A stretch of 63,168 bases of DNA, filler included, from Folioceros fuciformis (lineage: Eukaryota), in the NCBI GenBank assembly GCA_049999805.1. It is 9 parts of 9 records of this genome, joined end to end, with 100 filler letters (N's around TTAATTAATTAA, not from the genome) between each part and the next. Parts side by side here need not be neighbours in the genome. Positions count along the whole stretch, not along the records: positions 1 to 31,852 come from JBNGIO010002281.1; positions 31,953 to 37,898 come from JBNGIO010002282.1; 7 more parts are not named here. The stretch is one strand, 5' to 3'. The notes under the pieces are model-generated. The model did not search any database. It had not been told where the DNA came from and worked only from the letters and a program-made list of their open reading frames with translations. Positions 25,280 through 36,905 of this stretch are shown here, in pieces (the first letter of the stretch is position 1; the number at the start of each line of letters is the position of its first letter). A program made the translations under genes and the position numbers.

Positions 25280-28200
25280 ATGGAGGCCAATCCGGATATG
25301 CTGGTCGCGAGATCAGAGCAGACTGTGGCCGAGTCGTTCACTGCTCGGGGCACTAAACGAGGTTTTCTGCGGTCCAGGGCTCGGGATTGGTATGATTTTC
25401 AGGACTACTGGCACGACTCGGTGGCCTCTTCATCCTTCCTTCACGGATCCTCCGTATTTGATGCCTGGTTACTTGCTGCAGCAGCTCAAGTGAGTGTCAA
25501 GACAGGGTTGCTACATGGACATCGCACGCAGATATCCCGTCTTTTTCCCTTTGCTGCACTGTCTCCAGTTGAAGCTTTACGCCAGGTTTGACCGTAAGAG
25601 GCTCTAGGAGCTTAGTCTGCTTACCATTGGCGTTGCAGGTTGGACAAGTGATTGTAACTCTTCCTTATAGCTTTTCCCAAATGGGATATGCGGGAGGCAT
25701 TATCTTCATGCTCATTTATGGTACTCTCGGATGCTGGTCTGTGTTTCTGCTCACCTGGCTCTACTTTCAAGTCAAAGCAAGATTGATCAACGAGAATAAT
25801 CCAATGCACGAAAGACACATCATGCAGGTGAGACAGCAATTCCTGTCCATTCCTCATGAAGTTGTGCTCGAGGGCTGGTCGAATTGCTGGTCTCGTTTCT
25901 CTCTGCAGATAAGGATCCAATTTCAGACGCTTGTCAAATGTTCGGTTTTGCAGTACCATGAAGTTATGGGGTTGGTTGCTGGTGTTTGGTATGGTAGGGT
26001 GACTTTCGCATTCAACATCGGAGCTTTAACTCTTGCCTCGGTCATTCAGCTGATCGCGTCAGCCAGGTGAGACAGCCCGTGGAATTTGATCTTCAGGGGT
26101 TACACGCGCCAGCTGTTTTTGGGAGGAGGCCTAACTCATCCTTGTGGTACCGCCTCCAGTGATCTATATTACATCAACTCAAACTTGGACAAGCAGAGAT
26201 GGACAGTTGTGGTCGGAGTGGTCGGTATTATCAGCATATTCCTTCCCAGTTACAGACAGTTTCGGGTTGGAGCTCTTCTGGCAGTACTGGGAACCACCGT
26301 CACAGCGGTTTACCTTACGGCTGCTGCTCTGAATAATGGCCAGGTAATGATCTGACGGTTTCAAGTTGATGGGTAGCAAGCCACTTCGCACCTCTTGTTG
26401 AGGATGCCGATTATTCGTTTTGTGGCAAACAATTCTTTCGGCAGACTATGTCTTTCACATCTGAATTCCTCAATCTTGTGGCTGGTTCCATTAGGTTTCG
26501 AATGTAAGGCACACAGCCCCAACAAGCTCTGTCAAGTTTTTCACGGGAGCCACGAACATTCTTTTTACGTACGGCGGCCACGGCATTACTGTGTACGTTT
26601 TCCGAACTCTGTCATCTATGTCAATTCCGAAACCCCTCGGCTTCACTAGGTTTGCATGGTTTAGATAGCAAGGGAACTGTTGTTTGCCTTCGAGTGCAGT
26701 TGAGGAAACGTCTGCCAGGGAATGTCGTGCACATCTACATTCCTACATTAGTCACATCTCCTAGTCTACTATCTTCGTCCTGTAGAACCAAACAAACCTA
26801 CTAACACAGCTAGTATTCGTATACCACCTTTCCAGCCTAGCAACTACCTAGGAGACCCAATTTCTCCTACCTCAAAGGCCTGTGTGGTCAGTCATACGGT
26901 CCGGATGGATTGAGTTGCTTGAGAAGCCCAACGAATGTCAAGTAGAGCACTCTGTCTTTGGCACCTGTACGGTGCCTCCTGTTGTGCTTGCAAAAGTACT
27001 TGAGCTGGTCCAGAGTGCACAGGCCTAAAGTCTGTGTGAGTAGAAGGAAAAGCCAGTTGATCTGCCGCTTGCGGCCGTCAATCACAGGCTTCACGCAGTC
27101 CACTTGATGGCACAGAGAGCAGTCCAGCAGGCGAGGCACCATCCACATCTTAGGTGCCCTGTCGTGCATTGAATCCTTGTTGGCCAGAAAGTATGTGCTG
27201 ATCTGGTGGAAATTGCCCTGACCACAAAGTTCACGTTTAGACAGATAACCTTTGACCTTTCTTCCGACGCATCATGGCTGGTGTCTTGGGAACAGGACGG
27301 TAGGTGTCAACCAACCTCTATATCCACGTCAATCCTCTGGAGCCCGTCACACCGCTTGCACATAACCTCTCCTTCAATCCTATGGATCCAGGCTCTTGCC
27401 AGAACCTCCAAGGAATGCACAGTGGCTCTGCGATTCGTGGCCCAGGGAAATGGTGGCTCTACCTCTTCTTCCTTTGGCCCTGTCGCCGGCTCTGATGTGG
27501 TTTGCGGCCTCCGCCTGGCTCCTCTTCCTTCCTGTTATGACAACCCAGGATCATGAATCCAGTGAGCCAGGCCGCCATCTCCGTAACACGGATCAGAGAT
27601 GTCCGCGTTCCCTAGTCAGACAAGGACCTTTCCTTTTCTCTTTACTTCACGCACGGCGTGGTTTCCGTGGTCGGTGAAGGTCACACCGGCGTCATCATCT
27701 TTTTCAATCTCGTTGAACTAGCAATAAGAAACTTCAACTTTCATCTAGCATTTACTTGTAGACCAACCGAGCCGACCCAAACCGACCTATTCAGTAGTTT
27801 GCTCACCTGAGGAGATTCGTCAGTGTAGCTAGCAGTAGCTGCTGTGGAGGAGCTAGAAGAGGAAGCCCTCTCCCCTCCCCATCGTCTGCTTGCGGAGCCG
27901 GGGGGTGAGAGCGTGAGCCTCAGAGCCTCGTCCTCGCCCGAATCCGACATCTTCCAATAGTGTGCCAATTCGGAGTGCTTCCCATGCTTGGATGGATTTT
28001 TCTGCCTTCTTGGGATTATTGCCCGTCCAAAGCCCTTGCGCTTCACGCAAAACGCTCCAATGCCAGCCACCAATTGTCGGTGGCGCCCCCTTAATTAACG
28101 CAGGTTTATTAGGAGGTGCCTCCATTGCGGTTTCAAGGCACCCCACCCACATGTCTACACATGACCCTTGCCTGTACCTGTTACGAGCTGGAAGTGTTCT

Positions 28201-30047
28201 ATTTCTGGGAGTTTCGAGTTGGTCTATGTTGCCAGCGTCATAGTGTGTTTTCGATAGGGGCCTCCGTTCCTTCAAACATCTCACCATCTTGTCTGATTTG
28301 TACGGTGCTAGCTGGCTGAAGCTTGGTGAGTAGGCCTTTGTCTGTTGACTGTGGGGGGATTCATGTCTGACTGTGAGCCAAGATTGGGTCCACATTCGAA
28401 TGGAAGATAAACGGGATAATGGGAGACGTGTCTGCCGACGTGTCTATGGTATCTGCTAGTTCCCCTTCGGCACAAGAGAGAGAAATGGGGGGCTGTCGAG
28501 GAAGGTTGGGGAACATGGCTGTGGGTATGGCAATCGGCAGTCAATAAGCTCGTCGGGGAGCGTTGCATGTGAGCTTGCTTGTTACTAACTAAATCAGTGC
28601 TTCAAAGCGTGCAGTGAATGTAGGTCGCCCTATCTTTGGCTTCCACACGAAGGTGTGGGGTCCGAGGGGGCTCGAATGATTGATGCTGTCGAAAGACAGC
28701 ATCATCGATTCGAGATGGGTTTCCTGTTGGGTGAAGTAGATCTGAGAGGTGGCAGGAGATATTTACTAGGTACAACTCAGAGGGTGCAGCAGCAGGAGGA
28801 GGACGTGTCGCCCGCAGCTCCGAGCTCTGACGCTGAGCTGCAGAACCGGGCGCCGGGCTGTCCGCCTGTGTCTGTGCTTCGATTGCGGGGGTGTGTCAGG
28901 CGACTCCAGTTCTGCCGCCGGGAGTACATGTCGAGAATGTTTGACCTTAACTCACGGTATACGGGTATCTTGCTCTTCTCTCTCATTGAGCTGTCTGGCG
29001 CGCTCTCTCTCGGCAGGTCACCTGCTATTTTCTGCCTGTCGGACCCCAGCGTGCGGGTTGCGGGTCACGCCTGAATCACCCACCCAACTTTAGGAGATTT
29101 ATCCTGATCAACAAAACCTGAGCCGGGGTTTAACTTACTGCTGTTGTGATTTGGTGCTGGCAATCACCACGATCCGTCCTGGTTGCTGATTCGGCTGGTA
29201 CGAGATGTTTTTGCCAATTTCTGTGCAGAGAAATTATGGAGGCGATGCACCATCCAAGACGGTTCAAGTTTGTGTATATTTTCGTTGTCGTGTACACGCT
29301 CTCCCTGACCATTCCCAGCGCCACATCAGTTTATTGGGCATATGGTGACCGTCTGTTGGAGCGATCGAATGCCTTCTCTGTGCTGCCTCCCTCAGGGTGG
29401 CGAACTCTGGCCCTAGTGTGCATCCTCGTCCACCAGGTTGGCGTACGACAAACCTTGTCCAGACAGGACTGCTGTCTGCGTAGTATGTAGAAATGACAAA
29501 ATCTGACAGCAACGGTGGTGTTGCAGCTCATGGCGTTTGTGGTGTTTATTCATCCAGTGTACTTGGTTGTGGAGAAGGCTACGAGGGTGCACACTAGAAA
29601 TTTCGGGCTTCGAATTCTCGTACGACTCCCAGTGTTGGCTCTGGTGTGGTTTGCAGCCATAGCTATCCCATTCTTCGGGCCCATAAACTCCGTCATGGGA
29701 GCACTATTGGTGTCCATAGGAGTATATGTTATACCGCCGGTGGTTTTCAACAGAATCTTCAGGACCCACGAAATGCGAAATGTAAGAATATTCCTCACGG
29801 CCTGTACATGCTATCCTCAGTTCCAGGTTCCACTGATGCCTGACCCTCGCGTGTTCTACAGGATTCCATCGTGAGAATTCACCCGCGATTTGCTGAAGTA
29901 ATCTGGAAACTTATTTTCAGCATTAACGTCCTGGTGGTGATCTGGGTGGTGGTGGTGGGATTTATCATTGGGTCATGGGCGAGTTTGACTACATTCATCA
30001 GGGAAATCAACACTTTCGGCTTTTTCGATAAGTGCTACCAGTGCTGA
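25280..30047 (+). CDS. Divergent AUX1/LAX-like (AAAP family) permease, 8 exons with a 2.6-kb intron 5
   Basis: HGSSVFDAW..Q|VGQVIVTLPYSFSQMG, HIMQ|YHEVM, SVIQLIASA|SDLYYINSNLDK, FFTGATNILFTYGGHGITV|EIMEAM, LTIPSATSVYWAYGD..SNAFSVLP, RLPV..PFFGPINSVMGALLV, FGFFDKCYQC*. Splice positions correspond to those of AUX1/LAX genes. Confidence 0.92.
26888..27950 (-). CDS. Nested intronic gene, plant DUF7086/At1g49330-like protein (259 aa, 4 exons)
   Basis: Exons 27950-27807, 27717-27628, 27531-27316 and 27217-26888, all GT-AG and phase 0, give one open frame: MSDSGEDEALRLTLSPP...PPFPWATNRRATVHSLE...GEVMCKRC...MHDRAPKMW..LLDCSLC..VKPVI..KRQINWLFLLL..LGLCTLDQLKYFCKH..HRTGAKDRVLYLT. Confidence 0.9.
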
Positions 30048-30960
30048 AGTTTCCCTAACCCCTATTGCGGCGAACTCCGTTATTTTGATGACTGGACTGT
30101 GGCAGCTACATCGCCACTTACTCTGCGGATAAGACAGTTTTCGACGTGACCACGAGACACGTCCGTAACCCGTAAAGTTCCAACTGCCAGTGATGCTGGA
30201 CTCGACATAAATACCATGTGGCCTTTGGAGCGTTTCAAACATCAGACACTTTTCACAAGCTTTTCGTGCTTTACCTTTTACCTTTACTGTTTGTGCTGCT
30301 CTGTCATTTCAGTCAACAGTACCGCCGCGTACGAGTGAGGAAACTTTCTCTCGGCGGACTGTATGTGCCACACTAGATGGCCCTCGACGATTCGGAGTCT
30401 ACACGGGAAAGGTGGTGCATTCATTTACAATATACCCCAATTTTGACATTTACACATGCATGGACCTCCTGTGGTTGAGCTCGTGGATGGTTCAGGGTTC
30501 AGGGTTTAGGGTCTGCGTGACGTCTGTGTTCATGGTGTCCGCGTTGCATAGAAATTTGTATGAAAAAATTTCTTTATTCCAAAAAGGAGATGAGAGGCCA
30601 AAAAAGGGGACGAATACAAACAAAAAAAAACGCATTTATACGAAAATATATGGTAGAATATACTGCAGATTCCCGTACTAAACATAGCCACGTCACCAGA
30701 CCTACCTCTACACCACCGTAGAAGGACTTTTTTTTTTTTTTTTCCTCGAGTTTAGGGTTTATCACTGTAACGGGTATGTGGAACATGTATTGTGTTTTTT
30801 ATTTCGGTTCATGCAACCTCGTTATAAAAAAATGAGGATGAAACATGTCGAGGGGTTCGCAGGGGGTTAAGATTTGGTAGTGTTTCAGAGATGCACCATG
30901 GTTGTCTGCCACATGCTGCACCTCGCCGTGGGCGCACAGGTGTGTCATCCTCCTCCTCCT

Positions 30961-31120
30961 CCTCCTCCTCTCTAGAGGAGCATGCCTTAGAGTAGGAGAG
31001 CCTCCTGCTCTCTAAAGGAACACGCCTCAGAGTAGGAGAGCCTCCTCCTCTCCAGAGGAGCACACCTCATAGTAGGAGAGCCTCCTCCTCTCCAGAGGAG
31101 AACGCCTCATAGTAGGACAG
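30961..31120. repeat. 40-bp minisatellite x4
   Basis: AGTAGGA(G/C)AG core recurs at 30991, 31031, 31071 and 31111. Confidence 0.9.
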
Positions 31121-31852
31121 CTCGCGCTGCCGGTTCCGCACCCTCCTCGTTGGCGGGATGCTGGACATGGAACTTCAATCTGCATCACCACCCCGCCGAT
31201 TGTCTTGTCCCGCACCATTGCTTGCCTGGGGTCCGGATATTATCAAAGTAGGTGTCTCACTCAAGACCCCTAGATAGGGCCCTACGACCGAAGGTGGCAG
31301 AAGTGGTAGTCCAAAATGTTTTGGACCTTATACCATCGAGCAAAACTTTGTGTGAAAGCCAGTCTAACCGTATCGGTATTCCATACTCGCCCTTAGAATA
31401 TCATTTCCATTATGAAGAGGAGAGGATATCTCGTATATCCTATTCTAGTTTGGATATCTAAGCTTATATGAAAAAAGACTATTTGAGTCACAAAAGAGAT
31501 TAAATTTTTTACCTACTCTAAATATAAGATAAAAATATATATATAAGACTAAAAGTGAAAGGATAAGCCTTGAGAATACTATCCTTAAACAACCTATTAT
31601 CCCTATGGATGTGAGGATATTTTCGATGAGAGATAACCAAAAACTTACCTCAAATGGAGCCACTAAATTTGAACTAGTTGACTAAGTTATATACCATATT
31701 TACCATTAATGGATGATAGACTGTGTACTTTGTAACCCATATGTGCCGTGCCGGATGCTCGATAGCTGAAGATGGAGATTTTATGTACATCACGTTTCCC
31801 ATCTTGGGATGGTATGTAGTTTGAGATATAAACACGGCTGGCCAATTAGGTG

Positions 31853-31952
31853 NNNNNNNNNNNNNNNNNNNNNNNNNNNNNNNNNNNNNNNNNNNNTTAA
31901 TTAATTAANNNNNNNNNNNNNNNNNNNNNNNNNNNNNNNNNNNNNNNNNNNN
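31853..31952. other. Artificial scaffold linker N44-TTAATTAATTAA-N44 (also at 37899-37998, 44159-44258, 45845-45944, 48121-48220, 51715-51814, 53765-53864, 56998-57097)
   Basis: Eight identical 100-nt spacers with a 12-mer that puts stops in all six frames. Confidence 0.97.
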
Positions 31953-32982
31953 CCAACTCCTGCGGCTCCAGATCCTCGTCCGCTCCAAACACCGCCTTCA
32001 CCTCCTCCCATTTCCGTAACATCGCCGTCTTCACACCCGGACTGGTGGCCACCACATCATCGAAGCAAGGGATCCTGGCGCTCACAAACCTGAGGAAATT
32101 CGCGTCCACAAACGTGCCCCCGCACATGTCCCCCCTGCTCTGCCGCACCTCCCGCAGCGCCAAATTTTCCCCTTCCTGGCTATCCTTAGTGTGCACCACG
32201 ATGTCCACCGTCCCCCCTCCCACATCCGCCACCAGGAACTCATCTCCACGCACCAGCCGCAGCTGTCGCATCTTTGCGCAGAAGAACGACGCGGCCTCGG
32301 ACTCGAGTACGATGAGCAAGGGATGCGGGCTGGCCCTGCCCACTTCCCGTGCGGGGCAGAGCGGGCCCGTCACGATTCCGGCCCGCTGCGCGCAGTTCCT
32401 CATCACCTGCTTGGCCGCATCGTCCCAGATCGCAGGTACTGTGAGGCACCACTGCACATGCTGCGCCGTGACGTTGGCCTCCCCATAGGTCACCTGGACG
32501 TGCTCCAGCGCGAACCTGCAGATGCTGCTCAGGTAGTCTGTGATGGCCCGTACCACCGTGACCCCCGGGAAGATCTCCGCCTCCTCATTCCCAAACCTCC
32601 TGCCACTCCTGGAGCCGGATCCTCTGAACCTGGAGGGCAGCCGCCCGCGCTGGCCGGGCCCCGGGGCCAGGAAAAGCTTGAATTGGCTGGCCAGCACGCC
32701 GTTCGCCTGGTTCTTCTCCTTCTCCTTCATGTGGTGCAGCGGCGCGGGCCATCCCCACAACGTGGCCTCGTACTCCGGCGCGTCCGCTTTGCCGTTGTTG
32801 AAGTAGAAGATGCTGGTGGGCGTTTTGCAGTATGGTTTGCCTACCTGACACGGCCACTCGTAGAAACTGAACACCTTCTCCGGCTCGTCTCTGTGACCGT
32901 AAGCGAAGCCCGAGAATGTAGTCCCGAAATCCACCCCGATCACCACCCGGACCTCCACCCCGGCCGCTTGCGACTTCTGCAT
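31953..32982 (-). CDS. HSPA12-type atypical Hsp70, N-terminal two thirds; truncated by the contig end
   Basis: VVIGVDFGTTFSGFAY (phosphate-1), YCKTPTSIFY, WGW, FKLFL, ITDYL, WCLTVPAIWDDAAKQVMR, VLESEAAS, VADVGGGTVD (phosphate-2), GDMCGGTFVDANF, WEEVK. Intronless over the visible part. Confidence 0.93.
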
Positions 32983-33624
32983 TGCAGCAGCAAAGAGTTA
33001 CCCTATCCTGCCGACGCCCCGCAATTCTTCGAACCTGGGAGGACTGTCAGGCACGCCAACTAGGCTGGGCCAAGGCGCATCCAGGGAAGGATGTTTCCCT
33101 TTCTAAGGAATTGATGACCACGTCAAAATTTAAAGCCAAGATCAAGTAGGCGTTCATGTTTTCCCAGGATAAGGCAGGCAGGAAATGCGCTCCCGCTCGC
33201 AACTTGCCTAGCCTCTACCCGCCACACGGGGGGCATGCAGGAGACTCCACCACCACCTCCAGTCTGGCATCTTCACGGCTCGCTCCAGGAACCAGCTGAA
33301 GAGGAGTTATGAGGCCGGTCTGGAAGAAGATGATCGTCGCCGTAGCGCAGCAAAAGTTGAAGAAGCCGAGATAAGAGGAGTTCAGCTATGGCACCAGAGA
33401 TGACGAGGTATGATTCGCTGAAATTCGCCGGGCGGATCAAGCTCTGCAGGGCTATAAAATGAAACGGAAGAAAACGAGTTTTGTGCAATGCAGCGCTCTG
33501 ACTGATTATAACCACTGTTTTTCATTTCGAACAACAGTCGATTCTCCCATCATCAGGGGGCAGTGGGTCACACTGTTCCTCTTCCTCGATTCAAGTCAAT
33601 CCGAGTCAGCCTTTGACAGCTGCG

Positions 33625-35530
33625 ATGGAAAATGTTGAAGCTGCGTGCAGAAATATGCTACATGGCGCCAGAGATAACGAGGTACTGTTCTGTAGGCCGA
33701 TCAAGCTCTCAGACTGGCAATTTTGTACAACCGGAAGAAGACGAATTTTGGGGAATTCCGATGACTGACCTGTGCGCTTGCTTTCTGTTTGAACAACAGT
33801 GGATCCTTGAGTCATCAGGAGCCCCGGCTTACGAAAACCCTACTTCCTCTACCTCAGTCCAAGTCGTGCACACCCAACCTTCAACAGCTGAAGTGCTGCA
33901 GCAGCCAACTCCAATGATCGAATCGGCCCGGATTATGGATTACGAGAGTGCAGCCCCAAGGCCGGGACAAGTAGCCAATCAGTACCTCTCCGCGCTGGAT
34001 AATGTTGAAGCTGGATGCAAAAAGATGCTAGAGTTGGCCTCCCAAGCAAGGGTAGAGCTCAAATGTAGAGACCTGGCGGTGGACCTACCTGAGAAGACAG
34101 CCGATGGCATGATTATTGCCGAACGGCAGCGGTTGGGATATGAAAGAGATGGTGTGAAGGACACCAACGATCATCCTTCCAGCGGGGGAGCACTGGCCCC
34201 AGTCTCTGCCCATCCTCGGGAGCAAGTTGCCAAGATTCAGCAAAGGGAATGTGGTCATCGGCCAACAGGCTCGTTGGACGACGCTAGCGAGTACCATTCT
34301 AAGCAGAGGGAAGGGGTAGCTGATGTTCTTTCTCACCTGAAAAGCTGGAGCAGCCACACTGCAGCGTTTGTTTCTGAGGCTATGGAGCATCACAGGCAAC
34401 TGGAGATAGTGCTGACTCTACCGGAGATCAAGCAAGCACAGCAGGATTGTCATTCCAACGTTAACACCAGTGTGACCAATATGCATCCGCAAGAGCTTCA
34501 AGTCCGCGGCGGCCTAGTGCAGTCTGCCGATCACAAGTGCATGAGGGGAACGCCGGATGATGGGAGAAATTCGGACTCCCTCCATCGGAGAGGATTATCT
34601 GTGCAGAAAGATATTCCGCCCTACGATCAGCACGGGCATACGACGAAGACCGCATCACTGAAGCCGGATGTGCAGCTGGCAACCCACCAGGAGGCACCGC
34701 TGACGAACGAGAACGAGCTGGAGAAGAAAAGGCTGGAGCTGGAGAACGTAAGGCTGAAGGAGGAGGTATGGGCTGGGCAGCAGCAGGTCAAGGAGCTGAC
34801 GAGGTTGTTGGAGCAGAAAACCGCAAGAAAGTCGAGGTCCGGAGCCTACTGCGACGATGAAGCAACACCTGTCCTGCTGGATGATCATGTGAGTAAGGTG
34901 AAAGACAAGCTGCTGTTGTTTGCTCAGGAATACGGCAAGGCGATGGAGAAAGCGGGGTTGCCCTATGGAGATTCCGGAGTGATCCGCAGGACGAACTTTG
35001 CAAGGTCTGTCCACCGCAAGTACCTTGCGGCCCATGTCATATGTACTGTCATGTTCCAAGGCTTCGAGATTGATGGGTTTTGCGGGCCAGGACGTTCGGA
35101 TGTGGACAAACCTCACGGAGCGTTCTTCGAGGAATTCCAGCAGCTCAAGTCCAACAAAACGGTTGTTGACCTCAACCCGACCAACGCCTCCAGTGAGATG
35201 GTCCAATTTGCTCGTACCAAGTTTTTCAGCATTACTCCTGAACAGCTTGTACCGACATGTGAACAACCTAACCATCCCTACTACAAAAGGTTCGTGGCTC
35301 TTGCAACCGCACTGTGGCTGTTGCAAAGGTTGGCCCTCTCCTTTCTGCCCAGTGCAAGTATCTTTCGAGTGGATAGTGGAGCCCACTTGGATCCTTTGTA
35401 CATGGCTAACATTGTGGAGGACGACGAACACTCTTTCCTTTCCAAAGTTGCATTCATGGTTGTTCCGGGCTTCCGTATAGGTAAAATTCTCATTAGAAGT
35501 TATGTGTATTGTCAAAGTTCTGGCATGTGA
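33625..35530 (+). CDS. GIL1/IRKI (DUF641-associated)-like coiled-coil protein with a GrpE-like C-terminal module
   Basis: Long ORF to 35530. Coiled coil ELEKKRLELENVRLKEE..VKELTRLLEQK, then HRKYLAAHVICTVMFQGFE, FFEEFQQLK, FARTKF, YYKRFVALATALWLLQRLALSF..ASIFRV..DPLYM..V.FMVVPGFRIG..IRSYVY, typical of the IRKI/GIL1 C-terminal region. Probable intron 33682-33799. The 5' end is uncertain (ATG 33625 or an upstream exon). Confidence 0.8.
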
Positions 35531-36579
35531 AGTTCTTAGCGGCTCAAGATTAGTGTCTTGTGGGTGCTTCATGCTGCCTTGTGGATGCTTGGTGCTAGCT
35601 CGTGGGAACTGCAAAAAATGGAGTTGTTGCAAGGATGAGTGATGTGCATGATCTCTAGCAGGAATCTCTTTCACAGTTGCAGGAATGTAAAAGACTAGGG
35701 AGAAGTTTGAAGTGGAAGCTATTTAGTTGCAGATATGAAAGGCTCGGATAGAATCTTGGAGGACTTTTACTGATCCTCAAATGAGCATACGAGGAGTTGT
35801 GGTCTGGGCTTAGTGTGGAGAGACAAAGGGAGGAGCTCAGTTGTGAGCTTACTGTAGAGAGACATGGTAGCTCAGTTGATAGTATAATGTGGAGAGATAG
35901 GGGAGGAGCTTAGTTCGGATCTCGATGTAAAGAGATAGAGTAAAGGGCTTAGTTGTGAGATAATTGAGGAGAGCTTGGAGAACAAGCTTGTCAAGCGTAG
36001 AAGCCACTTGGCTTGGGTACATGGCTGGAGCAGCATCACAAGTGGACGGGAAGGTATGTACTTGGAATCTATTATACCTTCAAAAAGGAAGGTCGTGAAT
36101 AGTCGAGATCCCAGCCGCTTTCCCCGGGTGATGCGAGATCCGAGGCCCTTGCGGAAGGAAGGGTGGCGTTATTCTTGTCGAGAGAGATGGATGACAAAGG
36201 GGGGCGTTGGAGAGCCGAGGCCTTTGCGTGTTCTTGTGGAGAGAGATCCCAGGCCTTGTGTAAGGAAGGGCGGCGTTATTGAAGTGAACAGACGAGATCC
36301 GCCCGAGGCCCTCGCGCAAGGAAGGGAGGCGTTAGTCATGAGGGGGACTATTCTTAGATCTGTTAGCTAGGGGCAGAAATGAAAAAGGGAATTGTGATTC
36401 TAGAAGCTTTTGTAATCTTCCTTGTAGATCTGCTGCTGAATGCCAAGTTGATATCCATGGAAAAAATGTTGCACTCTGCGTAGTCTCTAGTCGAGGGTTC
36501 TGGATTGCACAAACTCCAAGGAGGCACCCACAAGGTGCTTCTTGGACGGCTGCCTCCTCTGGCCATAGGAGGCCGATTG

Positions 36580-36735
36580 GGCTGCTCTCTGTCCCTTTTC
36601 TTCATCAGGCTCTCTGCTACTTCTCTTCATCAGGCTCTCTGTTCCTTCTCTTCATCAGGCTCTCTGTTCCTTGTCTTAATGAGGCTCTCTGCTCCTTGTC
36701 TTCATTAGGCTCTCTGTTCCCTTTCTTCATCCGGC
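36580..36735. repeat. 25-bp minisatellite, about 6 copies
   Basis: AGGCTCTCTG recurs at 36607, 36632, 36657, 36682 and 36707. Confidence 0.88.
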
Positions 36736-36905
36736 TACCGAGGCAAACGGTACGGCTTCACATACCTTGGGTCAAAACAGATATCTATCCGCAGGTGTCG
36801 TGAATGCAGCCCAATTTGCTTAGCTGCCTGCGCCTTCACGGCACCATCATGCTCAGGATTGCGGGGACAAGGAAGAGAAGTGTGGAACCGAGAGCAAGCC
36901 AGCGC

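Noticed and set aside
26592-29229. Transposon insertion as the cause of the long intron
   Set aside because: No TE motifs, LTRs or TIRs seen. The content is a spliceable host-type gene.
31897-31908. Recurrent TTAATTAATTAA palindrome as a biological repeat or site
   Set aside because: Always centred in an identical 100-nt N spacer, so it is an assembly linker.
34655-35674. Long antisense ORFs (also 32191-33063, 59737-60525, 60801-61457)
   Set aside because: Shadow frames of GC-rich real genes on the opposite strand, with no motifs of their own.
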